This document shows, piece by piece, positions 37,767-47,736 of a DNA stretch of 64,000 bases; position 1 is the stretch's first letter; every line of letters begins with the position of its first letter. The DNA is taken from the NCBI GenBank assembly GCA_963666205.1, contig OY762654.1, forward strand, positions 1,984,001 to 2,048,000, given 5' to 3'. The notes beneath the pieces were generated by a model. It did not search any database and was not told the DNA's origin. It saw only the letters and a list, made by a program, of their open reading frames with translations. The translations under genes were made by a program, and so were the position numbers. This stretch comes from Synergistales bacterium. Lineage in GTDB: Bacteria; Synergistota; Synergistia; Synergistales; JAFGMB01.

Positions 37767-39699
37767 AAATCTTTCAGCAGAAGAGAAACTTCAGCTGCTG
37801 AATGAAAAATTTGAAAAAAAGAGGGATCTATCTGGTATGGCGGCCAGGTTTTGCACTATCCTTGCTGTTCTTATGTCCCTTTTCCACCTGTATGCTTCCG
37901 GGATCCACATGCTTCCCCAGGCTCAGCATCGTGCCATACATCTGGCTTTTGCCCTTGCCCTTACCTTCCTTGTATATCCGGCAGTTAACAGCCAGAAGAA
38001 GAAAGTTCCCCTTTTTGACGTGGCGGCAATTGTTTTCTGCCTTTTCGTCGGGGGCTATCTGGTAGTGGATTATATGAACCTGGTAATGAGAGCCGGAGAT
38101 CCATTGATGCGGGATCTTGTGCTGGGCGGCATAACCCTTTTTCTGGTCCTTGAAGCTACAAGGAGGACCATGGGATGGCCTCTTGTAATAGTAGCTCTAT
38201 CTTTTCTTTCCTATGCCCTTTTTGGCCATCTTATCCCCGGTTCACTGGGACACAGGGAATATGATCTTTCCCGTATCATAGAGCATCTCTTCCTTACAAG
38301 TGAAGGTATTTACGGAGTTTGTATCTATGTGACTGCAACATTTGTTTTCATGTTCATCCTTCTGGGGGCCTTCCTTAATGTTACGGGTGGAGCTCAGTCA
38401 TTCATAGATCTGGCTTTTGCGCTTACTGGAAAATACAGGGGAGGTCCAGCAAAGGCGGCGGTTGTCGCCAGTGGCCTCATGGGAACCATTTCCGGAAGCT
38501 CCTTTGCCAATGTTGCGGGAACAGGAACCTTCACCATTCCACTGATGAAGAGTGTCGGTTATAAAAATGAATTTGCTGGCGGTGTAGAAGCAGCGGCTTC
38601 TTCAGGAGGACAGATAATGCCTCCCATAATGGGTGCAGCTGCCTTTATCATGGCTGAGATGACAGGTGTTCCCTATGGGAAGTTGATAATACATGCTGCG
38701 ATACCTGCAATACTTTATTATGTTTCAGTGTTTCTGATGGTTGATATTGAGGCGGCAAAGCTGGGTCTGAGCGGAATTTCCAAAGACAAGCTTCCAAGAA
38801 TTCTTACGGTCCTTAAGGATGGAGGATTTCTTCTTCTGGCACCCTTAAGTATCGTTTATATGCTGCTGGCAGGCTATTCGCCGATCAAGGCTTCTTATGT
38901 GGCAGTCCTGATGGTTATAGTGGCTTCTTTCATGCGAAAGGCCACAAGAATGAACCTCAAGAGATTTGTAGAGGCTCTCGAATTAGGTGCCAAGGGAGCA
39001 TTGGGTGTTATAGCAGCCTGTGCAGTAGCTGGAATCATTGTCGGTTGTGTTACCCTTACAGGACTGGGACTCAAGTTTGCCGATCTTATCGTCACTCTTG
39101 CCCATGGACAGCTGTATCCTGCTCTTTTCCTTACAATGCTTGCTTCCATAATAATGGGTATGGGTATGCCTACAACGGCTCTTTATATCATTCTTGGTTC
39201 CATGGTTGCTCCTGCCCTTGTGAAAATGAATGTACCCATAGTAGCGGCCCATCTTTTCATCTTTTATTTCGGATGTATGGCATCAGTTACTCCACCGGTC
39301 GCCCTCAGCTCTTACCTGGCAGCAGCCATAGCCAAGGCAGATTCAGTAAAGACTGCACTTAATGGCCTTAAACTTGCTTCATCGGCCTTTATCCTGCCCT
39401 TCATTTTTGCCCTTTCTCCACAGCTTCTTCTTATAAATACCACCCCATTGAAGGCTGTAATGGTAACAGGAAGTGCGATCCTTGGAGTAGTGGCTCTTGC
39501 CTCCTGCCTGGAAAATTACCTCTTTGGAGAATTAAAGATCTACCAGAGGGGGTTAGTTGGAGTAGCTGCATTGACCCTGATGTTTCCCGGCTGGTCTACT
39601 GACATTGTCGGTCTGGGAATAATTATTGCCATATCTGTCGTTAATGCTGTATCTAACAGAAAAAAGACTCCGGATCTCAAAACGGAGTTTGAAGGATAA
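37738..39699 (+). CDS. TRAP transporter fused 4TM/12TM permease
   Basis: RGGPAKAAV, EAAASSGGQIMPPIMGAAAF, MGMGMPTT, VTPPVAL; start at MFFRKK after GAGGTG. Confidence 0.93.
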   Translation: MFFRKKKQDENLSAEEKLQLLNEKFEKKRDLSGMAARFCTILAVLMSLFHLYASGIHMLPQAQHRAIHLAFALALTFLVYPAVNSQKKKVPLFDVAAIVFCLFVGGYLVVDYMNLVMRAGDPLMRDLVLGGITLFLVLEATRRTMGWPLVIVALSFLSYALFGHLIPGSLGHREYDLSRIIEHLFLTSEGIYGVCIYVTATFVFMFILLGAFLNVTGGAQSFIDLAFALTGKYRGGPAKAAVVASGLMGTISGSSFANVAGTGTFTIPLMKSVGYKNEFAGGVEAAASSGGQIMPPIMGAAAFIMAEMTGVPYGKLIIHAAIPAILYYVSVFLMVDIEAAKLGLSGISKDKLPRILTVLKDGGFLLLAPLSIVYMLLAGYSPIKASYVAVLMVIVASFMRKATRMNLKRFVEALELGAKGALGVIAACAVAGIIVGCVTLTGLGLKFADLIVTLAHGQLYPALFLTMLASIIMGMGMPTTALYIILGSMVAPALVKMNVPIVAAHLFIFYFGCMASVTPPVALSSYLAAAIAKADSVKTALNGLKLASSAFILPFIFALSPQLLLINTTPLKAVMVTGSAILGVVALASCLENYLFGELKIYQRGLVGVAALTLMFPGWSTDIVGLGIIIAISVVNAVSNRKKTPDLKTEFEG

Positions 39700-40827
39700 A
39701 TGGAACGGAGCGTGAACTTTTTGAACAGGAATATAGCCATACTAGGCGCCGGTAACGGCGGTGTCAGCATAGGAGCCTTTCTTTCCCTCAAGGGGTGTAA
39801 TGTAAATCTTTACGACAAGTTCCCGAAGGCCCTGGAGGATATAAAGAAAGCTGGAGGAGTGGAACTCAAGGGGGTTTCCCTTACAGGTTTTGCAGAATTC
39901 AACAGGATCACCGATAACCTGGCAGAGGCCATTGAAGACTGCAGAGTGATAATGATAGTCACTCCTGCCTTTGCCCATAAGGAACTTGCCGAGAAATGTG
40001 CTCCTTATCTGACTTCCGGTCAGCACGTTATCCTGAATCCAGGAAGAACAGCCGGGGCAATAGAGTTCTACAGAACTGTGAAAACAACGAATCCTCATGC
40101 TGATTTTATTGTGGCAGAGGCTCAAACTCTGATCTATGCATGTCGAAGAAGCGGCCCGGCAGAAACGACCATTTTCAAGGTGAAGAAGGATGTTACCCTT
40201 GCAGCTCTTCCAGCCACAAAGACGCAAGAAGTACTGGCAGACATGAATGAGTTCTACCCGGAGTTTACACCTGCGGAAAATGTTCTCGAAACCAGCGTTC
40301 TCAACATTGGTTCGATATTTCATCCTGCTCCTGCAATACTCAATATTGCCCGCATAGAGGCAAAGGAGGATTTTGAATATTACATGGAGGGTATCTCTCC
40401 ATGTGTAAGTAATGTACTTGAGAAGATCGATTCTGAAAGAATCGAAATAGCAAAAGCCCTGGGGGTCAAGACCTTAAGCGTCAAGGAATGGCTTGAAGAT
40501 GCTTACGAAGTTAAGTTCCAGGAATCAGATTCCATTTACGATGCTGTTCAGAAAGTACAAGGGTATCGGGGTATAGCTGCTCCAAAGAATACCCATGCAA
40601 GATATATTACAGAGGATGTTCCCATGAGCCTTGTACCTCTGGCAGAAATTGGCCATTTTCTGGGGATATACACTCCTGCCATGGATACTTTGATAAATCT
40701 GGCTAATATTCTTCATAAGACCGATTACCGGGAAAAGGGAAGGACTCTCAAGTCGCTGGGTATTGAAGGTGTAAGCGTAGAGGATCTGAAAAAATTTGTT
40801 GACCAGGGAATAGAACTTCCAAAATAA
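39700..40827 (+). CDS. NAD/NADP octopine/nopaline (opine) dehydrogenase family protein
   Basis: LGAGNGG, LNPGRTAGA, AEAQTLIYACR, NIGSIFHP, RYITEDVP, GRTLKSLG. Confidence 0.9.
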   Translation: MERSVNFLNRNIAILGAGNGGVSIGAFLSLKGCNVNLYDKFPKALEDIKKAGGVELKGVSLTGFAEFNRITDNLAEAIEDCRVIMIVTPAFAHKELAEKCAPYLTSGQHVILNPGRTAGAIEFYRTVKTTNPHADFIVAEAQTLIYACRRSGPAETTIFKVKKDVTLAALPATKTQEVLADMNEFYPEFTPAENVLETSVLNIGSIFHPAPAILNIARIEAKEDFEYYMEGISPCVSNVLEKIDSERIEIAKALGVKTLSVKEWLEDAYEVKFQESDSIYDAVQKVQGYRGIAAPKNTHARYITEDVPMSLVPLAEIGHFLGIYTPAMDTLINLANILHKTDYREKGRTLKSLGIEGVSVEDLKKFVDQGIELPK

Positions 40828-40896
40828 TACAATTTTTTGATCATCGGGGACATCTTTTTAACGGGTGTCCCTTTTTTTTGGAAAGGAGAGGTTTAA

Positions 40897-41955
40897 ATGA
40901 ATGCAGAAAGAATCGAAATAACTTATTTATCTCAGGAAGACTTTCTCAAGGGTGGATGCTTTGATATCAGGCTTACCATGAATTCCGTTGAAAAAGGACT
41001 CCTGGCATTTCAGAAGGGGGAGGTTCTTTTCCCTGACAAGATAGTGCAGATATTCAATGAGGACACCCAGGAAAGGATAAACTGCCTGCCGGCAACTCTT
41101 TTGCCCGAAAAGATATGCGGTGTAAAGTGGGTTTCCGTATTCCCGCCAAATCCTCAGAAATATGGTGTCCAGAATCTTTCCGCTCTGGTTGTCCTGTCCG
41201 AGATAGAGAAGGGTTTTCCCATTGCGGTAATGGATGGAACCCTTGCATCCAATATGAGAGTGGCTTCGGTCGGTGCTACGGCAGCAAAATATCTTGCAAG
41301 AAAAGATTCGGAGAGCATCGGCTTTATCGGTGCTGGAGAACAGTCGAAAATGCACCTTGTAGGAATGAAGACCGTTTTCCCGGGGCTGAAGGAATGTAGG
41401 GTTGCAGCTAAATATGAAGGAGAAGAAGATCGTTTTATTCAGGAAATGAGCACTATATTTCCGGGCATGACCTTTATCGCAGGACATACTGATCTTAAGA
41501 CAGCCATGGAAGGGGCCGATATCCTGGTAACCGGGACGAGTGCCCAGGCTCCTCTTCTTAAAGCTGAATGGATGAAACCGGGCGCTTTTTACAGCCATAT
41601 AGGTGGATGGGAAGATGAATATGCTGTAGCAGAACAGTGCCAGAAAATTGTCTGTGACAGTTGGGAAACGGTAAAACATCGGACCCAGACCCTCAGCAGG
41701 ATGTACAAAGACGGAAAACTTGAAGACAGAGATATCTATGCAGATCTGGTGGACCTCGTTGCCGGTAAAAAAGCTGGAAGGGAATCTGATGATGAAAGAA
41801 TTTATTTCAATGCAGTAGGCCTTTCTTATCTTGATGTCACTATCGCCCATGACATGTTCCTGAGGGCTCTTGAAGCAGGAGTTGGTACTAAACTTCCTCT
41901 GCAGGAAAGGTCTGTTTTCAGTCATGAAGATCTTGGCAGCTTTATTCGGTTATAA
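40897..41955 (+). CDS. Ornithine cyclodeaminase/mu-crystallin family oxidoreductase (paralogue D)
   Basis: RINCLPA, GVKWVSVFPPNP, DGTLASNMR, GAGEQ, FNAVGLSYLD. Confidence 0.9.
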   Translation: MNAERIEITYLSQEDFLKGGCFDIRLTMNSVEKGLLAFQKGEVLFPDKIVQIFNEDTQERINCLPATLLPEKICGVKWVSVFPPNPQKYGVQNLSALVVLSEIEKGFPIAVMDGTLASNMRVASVGATAAKYLARKDSESIGFIGAGEQSKMHLVGMKTVFPGLKECRVAAKYEGEEDRFIQEMSTIFPGMTFIAGHTDLKTAMEGADILVTGTSAQAPLLKAEWMKPGAFYSHIGGWEDEYAVAEQCQKIVCDSWETVKHRTQTLSRMYKDGKLEDRDIYADLVDLVAGKKAGRESDDERIYFNAVGLSYLDVTIAHDMFLRALEAGVGTKLPLQERSVFSHEDLGSFIRL

Positions 41956-41973
41956 CTAGGGAGCTGATATTTA

Positions 41974-43008
41974 ATGGATGGCAGGAAAGCCCGGTTTCTT
42001 TATCTAAGCCAGAAGGAAGTTATTGAATGCGGAGGCCTCGATATGGCTATGGTCCTCGACAAGGTTGAAGAAGTGCTCAGCCTCAGGGATAAGGGAGAAA
42101 CTTCAATGCCCGACAAGATATCCCTGCAATGGAAAGACTGTGACATTAACTCCAGGATCAATGCCATGCCGGGATTTGTTGGTGGAAACTGCAATACAGG
42201 TGGTATCAAGTGGATAGGAAGCAAACCTGAAAACCCTTCAAAATATGGTCTGCCAAGAGCTTCAGCTCTTACAATACTTAATGATCCGGAAACAGCACTT
42301 CCAATCTGTATTATGGACGGGACCTTGATCAGTGCCATGAGAACAGGTGCAGTTACTGGAGTAGGTGCCCGTTATCTGGCCCGTAAAAATTCCAGTTCTG
42401 TAGCTCTTATAGGAGCCGGCACTCAGAACCATACCCAGCTGAAGGCTATTCTTACGGCTATCCCGAATATTAAAGAAGTCAGGATCTGCGATCTTTCATT
42501 TCAAAAGGTTGAGGAATTCATCCGTTATGAAAAACGAGAGAATCCGGAACTCGTCTTCAAGGGAACTACCGAAGCCCGGGAGGCTATTGATGGGGCCGAT
42601 ATTATAGTGAGTGCTACCACAACGGTCAAACCTATTGTCAAGGCGGAATGGATAAAGGAGGGTGCCTATATTTCCAACGTCGGAAATTATGAGTATGAAT
42701 ATGATGTTGTGAGAAAGTCCAGCAAAGTTCTTGCGGATAACTGGCAGGCGGTCATCCATCGTGAGCATCAGACAGCAGCAATTATGTTTCTGAATGGAGA
42801 GATTCAGAAACAGGATCTTTACGGTGAACTTGGAGAAGTCATAAATGGTAAAAAACCGGGTCGTGAGAACGACTCGGAGATCATTTTCTTCAGTCCCATA
42901 GGCATGGGGATAGAAGATATTATCGTGGCAAAGGAAATATATGACAGATCAAGATCCATGGGAATAGGTACATGGCTTACCCTCTGGGATGAGCCTTACT
43001 GGGTCTAG
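41974..43008 (+). CDS. Ornithine cyclodeaminase/mu-crystallin family oxidoreductase (paralogue E, SbnB-like)
   Basis: RINAMPG, GIKWIGSKPENPSK, LNDPET, ISAMRTGA, FSPIGMGIED; recalls SbnB motifs. Confidence 0.9.
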   Translation: MDGRKARFLYLSQKEVIECGGLDMAMVLDKVEEVLSLRDKGETSMPDKISLQWKDCDINSRINAMPGFVGGNCNTGGIKWIGSKPENPSKYGLPRASALTILNDPETALPICIMDGTLISAMRTGAVTGVGARYLARKNSSSVALIGAGTQNHTQLKAILTAIPNIKEVRICDLSFQKVEEFIRYEKRENPELVFKGTTEAREAIDGADIIVSATTTVKPIVKAEWIKEGAYISNVGNYEYEYDVVRKSSKVLADNWQAVIHREHQTAAIMFLNGEIQKQDLYGELGEVINGKKPGRENDSEIIFFSPIGMGIEDIIVAKEIYDRSRSMGIGTWLTLWDEPYWV

Positions 43009-43037
43009 GCTTTTTGTAGCGGAAGGTCGTGTGATTT

Positions 43038-44159
43038 TTGAAGATTACAGGAATGGAAGTTCTGCAGATCAGTGTCCCTCTCGTTCATAAATATACCCTT
43101 TCCAGGGTCATAGGTTCCAAGGAAAAGACAGAATGTATTCTTCTTAAGGTGACTACCGATGAAGGAATAGCAGGTCTTGGAGAAGCTGATCCCCATGTGC
43201 CGTTTACTGAAGAATCCGTGGAAAGTATTACCTCTTGTATATTGAAGTATCTTGCACCGGTCGTTATAGGAAAAGATCCGGGGGATATTGACGGTATAAA
43301 CTCACTGATGGAGAATGCTGTCAAACTAAACCTTATGGCCAAGGGTGCAATAGATATGGCCTGCTATGATATTGTCGGAAAATCAAAAGGGCACGCTGTT
43401 CATGAATTTATTGGAGGCCTTCAGAGACAGAGCATACCCCTTGTCTGGTCAGTGGGCAATGAGCTTCCTCCGAAGACCCTTGAAGATGTACAAACTGTTT
43501 ATGACCAGGGGTACAGAACGGTAATGATCAAGACCGGCCATTTTGAACCGGAGACAGATATTGAAAGAATAAGACTTGTAAGGGAATCATGGCCTGATCT
43601 GAAAATTATTGTAGATGTAAACCAGGGCTGGGATGTTGAAACAGCGATAGCTGCTGGCCGCAGGATGGAGAGCCTTAATATCGAATTCTTTGAACAGCCC
43701 GTTCCTTATTGGGATATAGAGGGTTTGGCCAGGATCAGAAAAGCAATATCCATTCCTCTTTCTGTAGATGAGTCCCTCCTTACCATACATGATGCACACA
43801 GAATCATCCAGGAGGGCGCTGCGGATATTTTCAGCGTCAAAGTTTCGAAGAACGGTGGAATTACCAGGTCAAGAGCATTGATCGAACTGGCAGCTGAAAA
43901 CGGAATGAAATGCTGGATGAATTCCATGCTGGAAGAAGGCATTACCCAGGCTGCAAGTCTGCAGTTGGGACTCAGCTCAGCCAACCTTCTTGATATGGGA
44001 CATGCATATTTTTCACCCCTCAGGATTGCGGAGGATATCTCTACCTACTCGGAGAATATCAGGAACGTGGAGATATTTCCTTCCGGGAAACCTGGACTTG
44101 GTGTAGATCTCAAAGAGGATGTTGTAAGGAAATACCTTGTCAGTCAATATCATTATTGA
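43038..44159 (+). CDS. Enolase superfamily, muconate-lactonizing/dipeptide-epimerase subgroup
   Basis: GAIDMACYD, DVNQGW, FEQP, VDES, KVSKNGG, PGLG. MIKTG stands in place of the KxK motif. Confidence 0.88.
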   Translation: MKITGMEVLQISVPLVHKYTLSRVIGSKEKTECILLKVTTDEGIAGLGEADPHVPFTEESVESITSCILKYLAPVVIGKDPGDIDGINSLMENAVKLNLMAKGAIDMACYDIVGKSKGHAVHEFIGGLQRQSIPLVWSVGNELPPKTLEDVQTVYDQGYRTVMIKTGHFEPETDIERIRLVRESWPDLKIIVDVNQGWDVETAIAAGRRMESLNIEFFEQPVPYWDIEGLARIRKAISIPLSVDESLLTIHDAHRIIQEGAADIFSVKVSKNGGITRSRALIELAAENGMKCWMNSMLEEGITQAASLQLGLSSANLLDMGHAYFSPLRIAEDISTYSENIRNVEIFPSGKPGLGVDLKEDVVRKYLVSQYHY

Positions 44160-44221
44160 TTTGATATATATCTGGTAACTATTGTAAGTCTTTGCAAATT
44201 CAATATAGTTGATTTTGTTTC

Positions 44222-44252
44222 AGGTGGAGGACAAAAAGTCTCCACCTTTTTT
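44222..44252 (+). terminator. Intrinsic terminator
   Basis: AGGTGGAG...CTCCACCT plus T-run. Confidence 0.75.
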
Positions 44253-44396
44253 ATTTTTTTAAATTTATGATCTCTCCTCTGAATATCATTGAAAAAAGAA
44301 TTTTCTAAAAGGCTCTTGCCATGAAAGAAATATGTGACAAAATTCACCTATGCTTGAACCGCATGCAGAATACTATATACAATAGGAGGTCATGAG

Positions 44397-45470
44397 ATGA
44401 AAGCAGCCATGTGGTATGGACGTAAAGATGTTAGAGTCATAGAGACAGAAGAGCCTTCACCCGTAAAGGGAGAAGTTAAGGTAAAGGTCAAATGGTGCGG
44501 TATCTGCGGGTCTGATCTTCATGAGTTTCTTGGCGGACCCATTTTTATTCCTGTGGATCAGCCCCATCCCCTGAGTGGAGAAAAAGCACCTGTAATAATG
44601 GGTCATGAATTTTCCGGAGAAGTTGTTGAGGTAGGAGAAGGTGTGGATGCTTTCAAGCCCGGGGACAGGGTCATAGTGGAACCAATTCGTGCCTGTGGCA
44701 AATGCCCTGCCTGCAGGGAGGGCAAATACAACATATGCGCTCAGTTGGGTTTCCACGGACTTTGTGGTCATGGAGGCGGTTTTGCAGATTACACAACCTT
44801 CCCTGCTGAGTTCGTTCACAAGATCCCTGATGAACTCTCCTACGAAAAAGCAGCTCTTGTTGAACCCCTTGCGGTGGCTGTCCAGTCACTTCGTCAGGGG
44901 AGCTTCCAGATAGGAATGGATGCCCTTGTCCTTGGTGCCGGTCCTATAGGGCTTGCCACCGTGGCGTCCCTCAGGGCTGCGGGAGCCAGGACCATTTTTG
45001 TTATGCAGCGCAAGTCCATAAGGCAGGAATATGCCAAAATGAGCGGTGCCGACTATGTCCTGGATCCCAACGAAGGGGATGTAGTGGAAGAGATAAAAAG
45101 ACTTACAGGCGGAGAGGGTGTCCATGTAAGTTTCGAGGCGACCGGTTCAGAAGTGGGGCTTAACATGGCCATTGACGCTCTTCGTTTTTCTGGAACAGCA
45201 GTTATTACAAGTATCTGGGAGCATCCCATATCAGTGGACCCCAACAAGCTGGTATTCCAGGAAAAGAAAATGGTGGGATCCCTCTGTTACCGCGACCTTT
45301 TCCCGGCAGCCATCAAGATGCTTGCAGATGGCAGCGTAAAGGGAGATGAATGGATCACCAGAAAGATCCACCTGGAAAATATAGTAGAGGATGGTTTCGG
45401 GACCCTTACCGGACCTGACAAGAAAGCCCAGGTCAAGATCCTCGTAACACCAGAATCAGACCTGCTTTAG
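44397..45470 (+). CDS. Zn-dependent 2,3-butanediol dehydrogenase-like MDR enzyme
   Basis: WCGICGSDLHE, GHEFSG, CGKCPAC...C structural zinc site, GAGPIG, QVKILVTP. Confidence 0.85.
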   Translation: MKAAMWYGRKDVRVIETEEPSPVKGEVKVKVKWCGICGSDLHEFLGGPIFIPVDQPHPLSGEKAPVIMGHEFSGEVVEVGEGVDAFKPGDRVIVEPIRACGKCPACREGKYNICAQLGFHGLCGHGGGFADYTTFPAEFVHKIPDELSYEKAALVEPLAVAVQSLRQGSFQIGMDALVLGAGPIGLATVASLRAAGARTIFVMQRKSIRQEYAKMSGADYVLDPNEGDVVEEIKRLTGGEGVHVSFEATGSEVGLNMAIDALRFSGTAVITSIWEHPISVDPNKLVFQEKKMVGSLCYRDLFPAAIKMLADGSVKGDEWITRKIHLENIVEDGFGTLTGPDKKAQVKILVTPESDLL

Positions 45471-45503
45471 AATAGATTCTTTTCATACCTTCTTCTCCTT
45501 ATT

Positions 45504-45538
45504 ACCGGGCCGCCTCAAAAGCGGCCCGGTCTTCTTTT
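45504..45538 (+). terminator. Intrinsic terminator
   Basis: ACCGGGCCGC-CTCAAAA-GCGGCCCGGT plus T-rich tail. Confidence 0.75.
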
Positions 45539-45703
45539 GTTCCACTTTTGTAACAATGAAGTTTGTTTCAGATGAATGATAAAGATTTTCAGCATATAAC
45601 TTGCTTTATTGATTATTCACATCTCGTTATAATTATCTAAATTTCCCCAAATTATTTAGAGTTCAGATAGTGTATTTCTTTACCCTTCGAAGGAGGTATA
45701 TCC

Positions 45704-47553
45704 ATGATGAGAGACAAGAAGTTACTATGGTCCTTTTTATTTTCTGCTTTTTTGGTTTTCATGTTGGCTTTGTACTGCTTCTGCCTTTGCGAGTGCTCCA
45801 CCAACTGGGGAGATGTGAAATGGAACCATCAGATATCGTGCCTCGGTACTCTGTTTGGCGATCCCGGTTACTATTCTTCTCCTGATGGTGCTGAAACACG
45901 AGACTGGAATTTACCAGTGGTAAGAGGAACTTACCCCGATCCAGGTTATATTGTCGATGGAGCCTTCTCCTGATCATAGCCGGTTACACTTTTGATGCAC
46001 TGATCATAATCAGGACAACCGAGTTTAACCGGGGATCTTGACGGAACTGCCTGGTATAGCGGTGGCGATGAGATCGATCTCGTCTTTGTAAAGGATGAGG
46101 AGACATTGGGCGATTTCAGTGCCTCCTTTGATGTTCCGATTTTTCAAGGCCTTTACAATGGCCAATCTTGTGATTCCTAGCTTTCAGCTGGGACTTTACC
46201 CAGGAAGAAGCAAGGTTAATGACAGGAGTTCTACACGCGCCAAGATATGAATTCCCCCCTGTATTGACTGGAGATACTGCCAGTTGTGACATTGGAGTAG
46301 ATTCTGCTCGAATGAAACACCTTACCTTCGATATTTTTGTTGGCGTAAATCCGGTGAGGATATGCAATATGCCCGCTCTCTTTGGTCCTGTTACTTCCAC
46401 ATGAACTGTGATCATTGACCTGGGGCCTGGTTTTTCTTCGATTATGATGACAAGCCTCGGTGTTATCTATGCTAATTTCTGGAATGAGCCAGTAGTTATG
46501 GAATTATCCTCTGTATCACAGGGCCTTGAAGAGTCTCCAATGTACCGTACTTTGCGCACCGGATCTATACGGTGACGGTCCTCCTGCCATGGTGGTACCA
46601 GTCCTTGATGCAGATTATGTAATTGATCCCGGCTCTTGCCCTTGAAGGCTATACCTTTCGTATATGTATGAGGTAAGCAGAGAAGATTCATTCACTCGAT
46701 ATTAAGTTTACAGATGGCAGTGTTACCCATCTTTCCTGGTTGTGGTGCTGATCCCTGATTTATCAAGATGAACACAGTCCCAACGCTGCAGGGTTTTGCC
46801 GGAATGTATCCTCCCACATCTGCTGATCTTAATGCTCAAATCACTTGACGACAAGATCTTTAGAAGTCCTTAGTGTCGGATAATTTTGGCCCTTCAAGTT
46901 AAACTAGAGGATTTTAACATTGACAGTAATGCTTCTTCAGATGGGTGCAGTTTATCGGTCTGGTATCCATGGATATCAACATACCCTTCCAGGCTGATGT
47001 TATGAAGGCCAAATCGTAGCTGTACCAATGTGGGATTAAGGATCGGTATCCCCGGAAGAAACATCGAAGCAGTATGATCCTGACCTTGATTCAGACCATT
47101 GAATCGGCAGAATTGGGTGAGAATCCTACAGAAGAAGAACTGGAAGCAGTTAGTACGTAAATATCTTCTCATTCACCAAGGAATGGAGCACGGGAGAAAC
47201 TGCCCAGATCCGGATTGAGCGACGAGGAATTTGCAAGGATGCGGTGGATATCTTTCTTCGAAATACCATGGTGAGGGTGACGTCAGAGGAACATAATCTT
47301 ACGAGCTCACTCTGCTTATTGTTAATGGCGGAGAGCGCCGGAATGAGGTAGATTCTGCGACCGCAAATGGCCGGACTTACATTGTAATTTACGATGGAAA
47401 TCTGGATCTATCAGGTTCGCCGATCCCATCAAAATTGTTGCTGCCTACGAAGAAGATACATCCAGTTCAAGTGGCGGCGGATGTTCGGCTATTAGTCTTG
47501 TCCCTGCCGCAGGCCTGTTACTTCTGCCTCTGTTAATGCTTTTGAAGAAATAA
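45704..47553 (+). pseudogene. Heavily degraded Synerg-CTERM surface-protein gene
   Basis: AGGAGG RBS and signal-peptide start (MMRDKKLLWSFLFSAFLVFML, continuing TASAFA after a frameshift). Intact tail EEDTSSSSGGGCSAISLVPAAGLLLLPLLMLLKK* ends at 47553. No long ORF between them. Confidence 0.75.
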
Positions 47554-47577
47554 CACAGATCAATTCCAGTTTGCCTG

Positions 47578-47606
47578 AAAGAGCGGGGAATTCCCCGCTC
47601 TTTTTT
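47578..47606 (+). terminator. Intrinsic terminator
   Basis: AAAGAGCGGGGAATTCCCCGCTCTTTTTT. Confidence 0.75.
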
Positions 47607-47736
47607 AGTAGCTTCAAATTCTTTTGCTGTTGCCCCCATACCTTAAAACGTGCTAAAGTATTGCATGAATGAATTATAAAGTGTCATGATGTGGTTTTTC
47701 AAGCTTTTTAATATATCCTCCGGAAAGGTGAAAAAA

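Noticed and set aside
40927-41925. 332-aa antisense ORF, and similar ones such as 39742-40323 and 12794-13312
   Set aside because: They lie fully opposite well-supported genes and have no recognisable motifs, so they are treated as shadow ORFs.
45971-45973. UGA in the 45704 ORF as selenocysteine
   Set aside because: The region has many frameshifts and other stops, so pseudogene decay is the simpler explanation.
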